From Dehalococcoidia bacterium (GTDB lineage Bacteria; Chloroflexota; Dehalococcoidia; Lucifugimonadales; UBA3495): 64,000 nucleotides of DNA. The notes below the pieces were generated by a model. It ran no database searches. It was not told the origin of the DNA and was given only the letters and a program-made list of their open reading frames with translations. Made by a program: the position numbers and the translations under genes. Below, piece after piece: positions 52,594 to 61,600 of the stretch; within the stretch, counting starts at the first letter, position 1; each line of letters opens with the position of its first letter. The DNA is taken from contig CBDHDK010000002.1 in assembly GCA_965261355.1 (NCBI GenBank), forward strand, positions 2,456-66,455. The letters are read 5' to 3'.

Positions 52594-53736
52594 CTAGGTG
52601 TTGAAGAACTTGACCCGCTCGAAGTTGCCGTTGACGATGGGGTTGGCCTCAAGACCGAACCAGTCTTCGAGGATCGTCGAGTAGACGGAGCGGTAGTCAA
52701 GGTTGAAGGCCAGGTTGCCGCCCTCTTCCTGATCTGCGGGAGCCATGGACGGGTACATACCGTAGACGCCGCCCTTGACGTGCTCGCCGACGGCGAAAGC
52801 GACGCTGGCTGCGCCGTGGTCGGTGCCGGAGCCGTTGTCGTTGACGCGGCGACCGAACTCACTAAACAGCAACAGGGTTACGTTGTCGCTGGCGTCGTGG
52901 TCGCGCAGGTCGGTGAAGAAGGTGTCGACGGTGTTGGAAACGTCGGTCCACAAGGCGGCGTTGGCCTGCGCCTGGTTGGCGTGGGAGTCAAAGCCGTTGT
53001 AGGGCGACGTGGTGTACAGGACGCGGGTGCCAAAGTTGGCCAAGTGGGTCTGGGCGATGTTCTTCATGTAGCCGCCAATGACGGTATTGGAGTACTCGAC
53101 ATTGGAGGTGTACTGGTTCGGCGCGGTGGCCAGGATGTCGGCGCCCTTCAAAGCGTCGATACCGGTGGAGTGGATGTAGTCCATGACCGGGCCGGTGCCG
53201 ATTGCCGGGGAGTACATGCGGCCGAAGACGTCCAGGGCCTCATTGCGCTGGTCTTCGCCGTCTATGCCGGTCAGCAGGCCGTAGGTCTCGAGGTTGCCGA
53301 CGGAGGCAACGGGCACGCCTTCCATCACCAGGGCACGCGGGAGGCCGCGGCCGAAGTTAACGGAGGTCAGCACGTTCTCGGAGTTGGGGTCCATCAGCTT
53401 GGCGGCGCGGCCCAGCCAGCCCTCGGTACCGATGATTTCGGGCTCGCAGGTGTGCCAGATGTCCATGCTGCGGAAGTGGGAGTAGCTGGGGGTCGGGTAG
53501 CCGATGCCCACGAATACGGCCAACTGCCCGGCTTCCCAGAACTTCATCAGGGGAGCCATGGTCGGGTGGAAGCCCAAGTCGTCGTTGATGGGCAGAATCT
53601 GGTCTTCCGGCACACCGATGGTGGGGCGGAAGTCCCGGTAGTAGCCGTTGTTGCGGGGGATGACAGTGTTCAAGCCGTCGTTCCCGCCCGACAGGGAGAG
53701 GACTGCCAGGACAGGGTCTTTCGCGGTCGATACCAT
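52594..53736 (-). CDS. DUF1501-family (sulfatase-fold) protein
   Basis: ..LSLSGGNDGLNTVIP.., ..GFDSHANQ.., ..FSEFGRRVNDNGSGTDHG... Paired with DUF1800, as is usual. Confidence 0.8.
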   Translation of the reverse strand: MVSTAKDPVLAVLSLSGGNDGLNTVIPRNNGYYRDFRPTIGVPEDQILPINDDLGFHPTMAPLMKFWEAGQLAVFVGIGYPTPSYSHFRSMDIWHTCEPEIIGTEGWLGRAAKLMDPNSENVLTSVNFGRGLPRALVMEGVPVASVGNLETYGLLTGIDGEDQRNEALDVFGRMYSPAIGTGPVMDYIHSTGIDALKGADILATAPNQYTSNVEYSNTVIGGYMKNIAQTHLANFGTRVLYTTSPYNGFDSHANQAQANAALWTDVSNTVDTFFTDLRDHDASDNVTLLLFSEFGRRVNDNGSGTDHGAASVAFAVGEHVKGGVYGMYPSMAPADQEEGGNLAFNLDYRSVYSTILEDWFGLEANPIVNGNFERVKFFNT

Positions 53737-53839
53737 TTGTCGCTCCTTGCTAGCATTGTGATTTGCGTTTTGCTATTGCCTTGACTGGCTGTCCAACCGT
53801 GTGTCATGGGACACACGGTTGGATACTTTGGAACCGAGA

Positions 53840-55258
53840 TTACTCGAATTGGAACTCGGCGGTGGAGACGATCATCTGGAACATCTCGCCAGTGCGCCGG
53901 GTGAAAGTGGCACGCTCATCGTCGCTGCCGTGGCTGAGATTGCCCTCCTGGGAAGCGTGGGCCACTAACTGAGCGTGGGTGTCGGCAGTGACCTGCACCG
54001 GGCCGGTCATGTCCAGACAGCCGTCCACGAACTGCTCGGGGCTCAGGGTAGCGCCGCGAGCCATCAGGCGATCCACCAAGCCACGAACGCCCTCGAGAGC
54101 GGTGTTGCCGAGCAGTTCGGCGGCGAAGTTGATGCGCTCTACCAGGGTGCCGCTGTCGATCCATTCGCGGCCGGTGTGCCAGCCTTCCACCGTGGGTGGG
54201 TTCATGAGGTCCTGGCCCATGTACTTGGGCTCCTGGGACAACTCGAACAGGCCGGGCTTGATATCCTTGTGCTCACCGACCATGCGGATCAGGCTGATAA
54301 CCATCTCGGCCGGGTTCTTCACCTTCTGGTAGCGAACCGACTCGTCCTTGAAGAAGTCGGAGGTGAACAGGGCCTCGAGCATGGCCTTGATGGAGTGACC
54401 GGAGTCGAAGTAGACCTTCTCGAGGGTCTCTATGGCTTCGATGTCCCGCGGCGGGGTCAGCCGCCAAGCGGGGATCTGCGGCTCGTCAGCCACGAAGTAG
54501 TTGTACAAGTGGCGGGCGAGGAAGCGGGCCGTTCCGGGCTGCTCGCAGATGATGCGAATGATGTCGTCGCCGTTCCAAGAACCGGTCTCGCCCAGGAAGG
54601 TCTTTTCGCTGTTGTCGTGGTCGGCGGGGTCGAAGCGGAAGACCCAGGGGCTGCGGCCGTGGGGGAAGGGCGGGTATGAAGGGGCCACGTTCCAGCCGGT
54701 GAAGGCGCGGGCGCAAACCTTGACGTCATCCTCGCTATAGTTGAAGGCGCCGTCCTTGCCAACGCCGAGGGAGAAGAGCTCGAGGAGCTCACGACCATAG
54801 TTCTCGTTCAGGTTGGCCTTATGGGACTCGGTGTTGTCCAGGTAGTACATCATGCCGGGGTTTTCGGACAGCCTAAGAAGCAGGTCGTCGAAGCGACCCA
54901 TGCCGTGCTCCCGGAACATGTTGACCATGATGCCCATTTCCTGGCCGGAGTCGATCTTGCTGTGGCCGGCGCAGAAGATCATGTGCCAGAAGAGGGCGAC
55001 CTTTTCCTGGAGCTGGTTGGGGTTGTTGATCATCTTGTATACCCAGAGCTGGGTATTGACCTCAATAGCGCCCGGTTCGTGATAAGACGGGTTGTAGCGC
55101 ATAAGGAGATCATCGTCGACGCCGCCACTTGGGTTGAGCAACTCCCGGACCACGTTGTCGTAGCCCTGCGCTGCCTTGGATTCGATCTCATCCCGGCTCG
55201 CCCCGAAACCGGCGCGGCGCATCAGGTGAGCTACCAATGCAATGTCCTGGTCAGCCAT
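53840..55258 (-). CDS. DUF1800-family protein
   Basis: ATG 55258 is preceded by AAGGAGGAG. MADQDIALVAHLMRRAGFGASRDEIE.., ..LFWHMIFC.., ..YLDNTESHK.., ..NENYGRELLELFSLGVG.. Confidence 0.8.
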   Translation of the reverse strand: MADQDIALVAHLMRRAGFGASRDEIESKAAQGYDNVVRELLNPSGGVDDDLLMRYNPSYHEPGAIEVNTQLWVYKMINNPNQLQEKVALFWHMIFCAGHSKIDSGQEMGIMVNMFREHGMGRFDDLLLRLSENPGMMYYLDNTESHKANLNENYGRELLELFSLGVGKDGAFNYSEDDVKVCARAFTGWNVAPSYPPFPHGRSPWVFRFDPADHDNSEKTFLGETGSWNGDDIIRIICEQPGTARFLARHLYNYFVADEPQIPAWRLTPPRDIEAIETLEKVYFDSGHSIKAMLEALFTSDFFKDESVRYQKVKNPAEMVISLIRMVGEHKDIKPGLFELSQEPKYMGQDLMNPPTVEGWHTGREWIDSGTLVERINFAAELLGNTALEGVRGLVDRLMARGATLSPEQFVDGCLDMTGPVQVTADTHAQLVAHASQEGNLSHGSDDERATFTRRTGEMFQMIVSTAEFQFE

Positions 55259-55485
55259 ATGCTCCTCCTTTTTATAGCCTTTTCCCTTTGTTTCCCAAGG
55301 ATTATACCCTTTGTCGACGCCCTTTGGATATTGCCGGTTACATAAATAGCCACCCCGCCCGCAGCGGACCGCCGGTCGGGGGTCGCCATCCTTATGTAAC
55401 ATTCATTACAAGAAAGAAATATATGGCAATGAGACGGAGGTGTCAACAGTTTTTCCACCGAACCTGCCCTCACGCCCCGGCTTAA

Positions 55486-57180
55486 CCCGAATCCACCGAT
55501 GGGAGGCGTGAAAGCTGGGCAAATTGGTATGAGGGAGCCTACAAGGGAGAGAGCCTTGGCTCCATTGGGACCGATGTGACACGGCAGAGGGTTTTCAGTA
55601 GCCGCCCCGGGCCTGGAAAGCGGTCTATGGAGGCTGGGAATCGCCGGATAGTGAGATCGGACGCAGCGGAATGCACTCGCGGACCGGGCGGACGCGAGTT
55701 TGGAGGCCTTGGGTCGGTTGCGGATAGCGCCGTCAGGCTGGGAGTGGGATGGCTCGCAGTCGGGCCAGGGCGAGAGTGGCCTGCTCAGCCCAGGGCCAGC
55801 CCCGGGGAAGATGCAAAGTGAGTCTGCGCGCCGAGCGGGTGAGCCGTCCCACCAGACCGAAGAACCGTCGCCGGAGGGTCTTGGTGGTCACGATCTGCTC
55901 GCCCAGACCAATTCGCGCCGTCCAGCGGGCCAGGTTATGGGCCATCACCTGCACCGCCAACCAGGCGGCGTTGGCGGCGAAGCGGCCCGAGGGAAGATGG
56001 TTCAGGCCGACGCCGTACTTCAGGTCTCGGATGGCATTCTCGATCTCGGCGTGGCGGCGATGGTCAGCCTCCAGTTCGAGCGTCTCCCCGTCCCGGTCGG
56101 TGATGAAGCCGTGATAGCTGTAGCTGGCGAACAGGGCCAGTTGGGAACCGGGCGTGGGCTTCACCCGCCGGACGATGAGCCGCACCGGCGCGGCGCCGGC
56201 CTCACTCTCAAAGGGAGTGTAGGTGGTCTCGGCCACATCGGCGGCGCCGTCCATCCAGTATGGGATGGGCGTCCAATCCGTCTCGGGTATGGCCTCGATG
56301 AGATTGCGCAGGCTTTTGTGCTGGCGGATGGTGATGGAGTAGCGGACATCCATCTTGCGGCAGACGGCGACGATGGCGTGGGCATAGAAGCCGCTGTCGG
56401 CCCGCACCGTGAGTCGGCCCCTGGCGCCGGCGTAGCGCACCCGTCCCACCGTCTCGCGCAGGAAGTGGGCGGCACCCCGGGCGGTGTTGGCCCGGCCCTC
56501 GCGCAGCCGGGACATCAGCACGTCGCCGGTGCCAGAGGCCACGGCCAGCAGCGGGTGATAGCCTCGCTTGCCGGTATAGCCGTGGTGGCGTGCGCCCTCC
56601 TTGGCCAGACCGTAGGTCTCGCAGATGGTGGAGTCCAGGTCGATGGTCAGCGGCCCGTCGCCGGGTCCGGCACCGGCGGCCCAGGCCCGTGCCAGCAGCT
56701 CCCGGCTCACCCGGTCCAGCTGACGGACATGGCCCCATCGGAAGCTGCGCAGGAAGGTGCCCAGGGTGGAGGGCGCTTTGACCATGCACCCCAGCACCGA
56801 GTAGGTCCGCCCCGCACGCAGCGCATCGGCGTCGTCAATGCAGTCGCCGCCCGCCAGCGCCGAGGCCACCAGCGTCAGCATCTTGTCTCCCGCGTTCGCC
56901 CGCCCCGGCGCATCCCCGAGGTCGAGGTGACGGTCAACGAGTTCACGCAGGCCCACGTGCTGGGCCAGGGTGGCCGGCAGGAGCAGCCCGGCATTGTTGA
57001 CCAGGCGGTGGTCGTCGAAGGCTATTTGGATGCGGTCGGGGTGCTCAAGTGGTAGCATCTGTTGGGTGCTCCTTGTTTCTGGTCGGTTTCCTTTCTCGAA
57101 AACCATTATCCCAGATTCAGAGGAGCACCTTCTTGCCGCTTCAGTTCGCCAACCTGACGCCCACTATCGGTGGATTCGGG
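55486..57180 (-). mobile_element. IS1380-like element, copy 2, intact
   Basis: IRs are CCCGAATCCACCGAT (55486) and ATCGGTGGATTCGGG (ending at 57180). Flanked by direct CTTAA at 55481-85 and 57181-85. 1695 bp with a single 457-aa ORF. Confidence 0.85.
55733..57106 (-). CDS. IS1380-family DDE transposase
   Basis: 457 aa. ..IAFDDHRLVNNAGLLLPATLAQHVGL.., ..IDLDSTICETYG..KRGYHPLL.., ..HAEIENAIRDLKYGVGLNHLPSGRFAANAAWL... Family assigned from memory. Confidence 0.8.
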   Translation of the reverse strand: MVFEKGNRPETRSTQQMLPLEHPDRIQIAFDDHRLVNNAGLLLPATLAQHVGLRELVDRHLDLGDAPGRANAGDKMLTLVASALAGGDCIDDADALRAGRTYSVLGCMVKAPSTLGTFLRSFRWGHVRQLDRVSRELLARAWAAGAGPGDGPLTIDLDSTICETYGLAKEGARHHGYTGKRGYHPLLAVASGTGDVLMSRLREGRANTARGAAHFLRETVGRVRYAGARGRLTVRADSGFYAHAIVAVCRKMDVRYSITIRQHKSLRNLIEAIPETDWTPIPYWMDGAADVAETTYTPFESEAGAAPVRLIVRRVKPTPGSQLALFASYSYHGFITDRDGETLELEADHRRHAEIENAIRDLKYGVGLNHLPSGRFAANAAWLAVQVMAHNLARWTARIGLGEQIVTTKTLRRRFFGLVGRLTRSARRLTLHLPRGWPWAEQATLALARLRAIPLPA

Positions 57181-57272
57181 CTTAACCTCAGCCGCGATCT
57201 ACCATTTCTTGACAACTGAAATTCGAGAGAGCAACACGGGCAAACAGAAGGCAAGATATGACACGCATTTGC

Positions 57273-57301
57273 TTGACATAGTTTTAGACGCTTGCTAGGA
57301 T
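57273..57301 (+). promoter_or_regulatory. sigma-70-like promoter candidate upstream of the polyprenyl synthase / hopanoid genes
   Basis: TTGACA (57273-78), a 17-nt spacer, then TAGGAT (57296-301). Followed by the palindrome ACATCGG-cat-CCGATGT at about 57313-57329. Confidence 0.3.
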
Positions 57302-57410
57302 TCAATGCTATACATCGGCATCCGATGTTGAGCCGTCAGCCACGGCTTCCGGCTCCCTGAGCGGCCGAGCCAGCGTATTATATGGCAAGCAGGCGGGATA
57401 GGCGCAAACG

Positions 57411-58493
57411 ATGGCATCGGACTCAACCTACGTTCCCACGACTGATGCTCGTTCCGTTCCCGGGCTCCCGGGAATGTTCGCTCGCTACAAAGACCTTATA
57501 GAGGAAGCGTTGGGACGCGCCGTGCCAGAAACCACTGGCGACGACTTAAACCTGCTCCTTAACTACCATCTGGGCTGGGTTGACCGACACGGTAAGCGGG
57601 CCGCCTCGGCATCTTCACAAGGAAAGGCCCTTCGCCCCACACTCTGCATGTTCGCCTGCGAGGCACTTACTCCCGACCACACCCGAGCCACGCCAGCCGC
57701 CGCGGCCTTGGAACTCATCCACAACTTTTCGCTGCTGCATGACGACATCCAGGACCAGGACCTGGAACGGCGGCACCAGCCCACCGCGTGGAGCGTTTGG
57801 GGAATACCAAAGGCCCTGGTAGCAGGGGATGCGATGCAGTCGACGGGAGATGCGGTCCTGCTCAGGGTTCCAGATGAGGGAGTTCCTGAAGAGGTTGCGC
57901 TCAGGGTTTCGGCGATCCTGACCGGTGGCTACCTTGAAATGATAGAAGGGCAGTGCCTGGACCTAGAATTCGAAGGGCGCACGGATATCACAATAGATGA
58001 GTACCTGCACATGATCGCCTGCAAGACCGGAGCACTCATTCGCTGCGGTCTCGAGGCAGGGGCGCTGTTGGCGGACGGGGACGAAGATACAGTGCGGGCC
58101 TTCGCCCGGTTCGGAGAGGGACTGGGACGCGCTTTCCAAATCCGGGACGATTACCTTGGCATCTGGGGGGACGAGGCCACGCTGGGCAAGGCGACGGGAA
58201 ATGACATACGACGGCGCAAGAAATCGTACCCTGTGGTTTTCGCCCTAGAGAAGGCGGAGGGCGGTGCGCTGAAAGATCTGCAGCGAATCTATTCGCAGAC
58301 TGAACTGGAAGATGACGACGTGCAGCGGGTCCTGACAATACTGGACCAGGTGGGAGCTCGAGAAAGCGCCCAGTACCTCACACATTCGGCGGCCAATCAT
58401 GCCCTGGGAGCGCTGGAGCCCATCTCGCTTCCGGTCTGGGCTCGAACCGAGGCAGAGGAACTCGTGGATTTCCTGGCCAGGCGGGAATACTAG
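57411..58493 (+). CDS. polyprenyl diphosphate synthase (trans-isoprenyl diphosphate synthase family)
   Basis: First DDxxD region ..LLHDDIQDQDLERR.. and second ..FQIRDDYLGIWG... Confidence 0.85.
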   Translation: MASDSTYVPTTDARSVPGLPGMFARYKDLIEEALGRAVPETTGDDLNLLLNYHLGWVDRHGKRAASASSQGKALRPTLCMFACEALTPDHTRATPAAAALELIHNFSLLHDDIQDQDLERRHQPTAWSVWGIPKALVAGDAMQSTGDAVLLRVPDEGVPEEVALRVSAILTGGYLEMIEGQCLDLEFEGRTDITIDEYLHMIACKTGALIRCGLEAGALLADGDEDTVRAFARFGEGLGRAFQIRDDYLGIWGDEATLGKATGNDIRRRKKSYPVVFALEKAEGGALKDLQRIYSQTELEDDDVQRVLTILDQVGARESAQYLTHSAANHALGALEPISLPVWARTEAEELVDFLARREY

Positions 58494-58671
58494 GAATGGT
58501 GGAAATTGAAATAGAATAGGCGCAGCGGAATTCATCAGCTCGTCTCGCCGGCACAAGCGAACACATCTAGGCTAACACCAATATGATTCGAGTCCCCGAG
58601 TGGGTCGAAGGTCAGTAAGACCAAAATGACGGATTTCGAGGGGCCAAAGTCTGGTCAATAAGGAATAACCA

Positions 58672-59724
58672 ATGACGACGACTTCCAAACGCGCCAAACG
58701 TCCAATGGAGCTGTCCGTCCGCTTGGCTGGCTACATTCTCAAAAACAAGATGCGGAGGCGGAGCAAGTTTCCCTTGGTGACCATGCTGGAGCCGCTGGAG
58801 ATGTGCAACCTAGCCTGCATCGGCTGCGGGCGAATCCGCGAGTACAAGCCGGTGCTGGACAAGATGATGCCTGTAGACGAGGCGATCAACGCGGTGAAAG
58901 AGTCGGGGGCGCCTATCGTTTCAATAGCGGGTGGGGAGCCGACAATCCACCCGCGGATTCACGAAATCATCAACCGGCTGGTGGAGGAGAAATACTTCGT
59001 CTACTGCTGCACCAACGGGCTGCTGCTTGAACGGGTGATGGACAAGGTGGAGCCCTCGAAATACCTGTGCTGGGTGGTGCACCTGGACGGGATGGAAGAG
59101 AAGCACGACGAGTCGGTGGCAAGGGAAGGGGTGTTCAAGAAGGCGGTGGGCGTCATCGAGCAGGCATTGGAACGGGGCTATCGCGTCTGCACGAACACAA
59201 CGGTGTTCCGGGGCAGCGACGTTGAAGACCTGACCGAGATGTTCCGGATGGTGAGCGACATAGGGGTCGAGGGGTCGATGATTTCGCCGGGGTACGACTT
59301 CATCGACGCGCCAGACCAAGAGATTTTCCTGACACGGCAAGAATCGCACGCGTTGTTCAAGGAACTGCTGGACCCGGAAACGTCGGAAGGGGCGCGGTTC
59401 TACAACAACCCACTGTACCTGAATTTCCTCAAGGGAGACCGGGAGTACCAATGCACGGCCTGGTCGAACCCGACCTACACGGTGATGGGCTGGCGAAAGC
59501 CTTGCTACCCGCTGGCCGACGAACACGTTGATCACGTTTCGGAACTCTTCGACAAGGACCTCTGGGACAATTACGGAGTGGGGAAGGACCCACGCTGCTC
59601 AAACTGCATGATGCACTGCGGATTCGAGTCGGCAACGATATTCAACGCGGTGCAGTCGCCCAGAGACTGGGCCACGCTTATCAAGTCAGGTGCGGCCCAC
59701 AAGGGCGGCATCACGGCCGCGTAA
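58672..59724 (+). CDS. hpnH: radical SAM adenosyl-hopene transferase HpnH
   Basis: ..FPLVTMLEPLEMCNLACIGCGRIREY.. (CxxxCxxC), about 350 aa, in hopanoid gene context. Confidence 0.75.
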   Translation: MTTTSKRAKRPMELSVRLAGYILKNKMRRRSKFPLVTMLEPLEMCNLACIGCGRIREYKPVLDKMMPVDEAINAVKESGAPIVSIAGGEPTIHPRIHEIINRLVEEKYFVYCCTNGLLLERVMDKVEPSKYLCWVVHLDGMEEKHDESVAREGVFKKAVGVIEQALERGYRVCTNTTVFRGSDVEDLTEMFRMVSDIGVEGSMISPGYDFIDAPDQEIFLTRQESHALFKELLDPETSEGARFYNNPLYLNFLKGDREYQCTAWSNPTYTVMGWRKPCYPLADEHVDHVSELFDKDLWDNYGVGKDPRCSNCMMHCGFESATIFNAVQSPRDWATLIKSGAAHKGGITAA

Positions 59725-59731
59725 GTCAGAG

Positions 59732-60487
59732 TTGCTGTACGTCGTCGCTGGAATGGTGGACGAACTGGCCGGGCTGCGGCATGAACTGGAGGCCCCCGGA
59801 GTGAAGGAGGGTCTTAGGTTTCCGCTGGAGTTCCAGGTGGTCGGGATCGGGCCGGAACGCTCGGGCCAGACCATGGCGGAGTTACTGGCCAATGGGAGAC
59901 GCAAACCCGCGGGCGTGTTGATGCTGGGGGTCGCCGGGGCACTGGAGCCCGGGAGAGAGACGGGCGAACTGATCCTGGCGGGGAGTTACGCGCTGGACTC
60001 CGACGTCAAGGAGAGGCAAGCCATCGCGCCGAACGGGGCGATGCTGGAAGCGGCGGAAGCGGCAGCAGCGGATGAGCGTATGCCGGTAACGCGAGGAGAC
60101 TCGCTGACGGTGGACCACCTAATCTGCGAAAGCTGGGAAAGACGGCAACTGAGAGAAAAGTACGGCACGGACAGCGTGAACATGGAAGACCATGCCGTGG
60201 CGTCCGCGGCGGATGCAGCCGGAGTGCCCTTCCTGTCGGTGCGAGTAGTGCTGGACACGGCGGAGCAGACGCTTCCTGGCTACCTGCCCAAGCTGTCGCA
60301 GGGTCGCGGAGCGGTCTTCAGCGAGGTTCTGGCAAAGCCATGGCGTATTCCAGTCCTTAGGCGGCTCAAGTCGCAGATGGGGTTGTGCCAGGCGGTGCTA
60401 ACCAGGTTCGGAATGTCATATCTGCATCTGGAGTCCAAGAGGCTAAGGAGCGAAAAGGAAAGGGCGACCGCTGAGGCAATCTACTAG
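59732..60487 (+). CDS. hpnG: hopanoid-associated phosphorylase/nucleosidase HpnG-like
   Basis: PNP/UDP-phosphorylase-like ..VVAGMVDELAG.., ..MLGVAGAL.., ..VNMEDHAV... The start is taken at TTG 59732; the track start 59690 overlaps hpnH. Confidence 0.6.
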   Translation: MLYVVAGMVDELAGLRHELEAPGVKEGLRFPLEFQVVGIGPERSGQTMAELLANGRRKPAGVLMLGVAGALEPGRETGELILAGSYALDSDVKERQAIAPNGAMLEAAEAAAADERMPVTRGDSLTVDHLICESWERRQLREKYGTDSVNMEDHAVASAADAAGVPFLSVRVVLDTAEQTLPGYLPKLSQGRGAVFSEVLAKPWRIPVLRRLKSQMGLCQAVLTRFGMSYLHLESKRLRSEKERATAEAIY

Positions 60488-60546
60488 GGTCTAATACAGG
60501 AATTCTGTTGGCAGACGGGGCCCGGGATGAAGTTGGCTGACGTTCT

Positions 60547-61590
60547 ATGAAAGTCCTGGTAACTGGAGCCACGGGATTCATCGGCGGCAACCTAGCCCGG
60601 GAACTTGACGCCCGCGGGTACAAGGTCAGGGCGTTGGTACGACCGGGGAACAACACTTTAACAATTGATGACACCGGAGCGGAGCGAGTCGAGGGCGACA
60701 TTCTGGACCGGGAGTCGATAGATAGAGCGGTCACCGGATGCACGGCCGTATTCCACTGCGCGGCTGCATACACATTCTGGTCGAAGGACCCCAAGGGAGT
60801 GCGGCGAGCCAACGTGGAAGGCACGTTAAACGTGCTGGAGTGCGCTACTCGGGCAGGGGTCGACCGAATCGTCTACACCAGCACAGTGTCCACAATCGGA
60901 ATCCCAAACCACGGCACCGTGGGGGACGAAGATACCGTGCTGACACCCGGTTCGCTTCACGGGCACTACAAGCAGTCGAAATACGAAGCGGAGCAGGAAG
61001 CGCTGAGGCTGACTGAGCCGGCGCCACAAGGAATCGGGGCTCCGGTAGTTGTGGTGAACCCAACGGCTCCGGTTGGACCGTGGGACGTGAAACCGACTCC
61101 GACCGGGAAGATTGTGCTCGATTTCATCAGGCAACGGATACCGGCATACCTGGCAACGGGAATGAACCTTGTGGATGTGGCCGACGTTAGCGCGGGCCAC
61201 GTCCTGGCACTTGAGAGGGGACAAGTTGGCGAAAGATACATACTGGGGAACCGCAATGTTACGTTGAAAGAAATGTTCGAAATGCTCAGCGGGATAACGG
61301 GAAATCCCGCCCCGCGGGTGCGATTGCCCTACTGGCTGGTGGTCGGCGCCGGATATGTCGACCAAGCAATTTCGGGAGGGTTGTTGCGACGGCATCCGAC
61401 CATACCAGTGGAGGGAGTGCTTGCCTCAAAGAAGCCGGCGTGGGTGAGTAGCAACCGGGCAATACAGGACTTGGGAATGCCGCAGAGCCCGGTGGAAGGG
61501 GCACTGGCTCGGGCGGTGGAATGGTTCAAGGCACACGGATACTCGGAAACAAGGAACGTGGTATCCAGGAAGGACGGCGCAAGATCTTGA
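60547..61590 (+). CDS. hpnA: NAD-dependent epimerase/dehydratase, HpnA-like
   Basis: MKVLVTGATGFIGGNLARELDARGYKVRALVR.., ..YKQSKYEAE... Position between the hpnG-like gene and shc. Confidence 0.65.
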   Translation: MKVLVTGATGFIGGNLARELDARGYKVRALVRPGNNTLTIDDTGAERVEGDILDRESIDRAVTGCTAVFHCAAAYTFWSKDPKGVRRANVEGTLNVLECATRAGVDRIVYTSTVSTIGIPNHGTVGDEDTVLTPGSLHGHYKQSKYEAEQEALRLTEPAPQGIGAPVVVVNPTAPVGPWDVKPTPTGKIVLDFIRQRIPAYLATGMNLVDVADVSAGHVLALERGQVGERYILGNRNVTLKEMFEMLSGITGNPAPRVRLPYWLVVGAGYVDQAISGGLLRRHPTIPVEGVLASKKPAWVSSNRAIQDLGMPQSPVEGALARAVEWFKAHGYSETRNVVSRKDGARS

Positions 61591-61600
61591 GGCAAACTCA

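Noticed and set aside
15782-57180. Composite transposon formed by the two IS1380-like copies.
   Set aside because: Each copy has its own flanking pentamer (CTTAA/CTTAA for copy 2). The copies are substantially diverged, and copy 1 is dead. The intervening 34 kb consists of core housekeeping genes (suf, ppdK).
58575-58625. tRNA-like T-arm string (GATTCGAGTCCCC) in the intergenic region before hpnH.
   Set aside because: No acceptor stem, anticodon arm or D-arm can be built around it by eye. It is probably a chance match.
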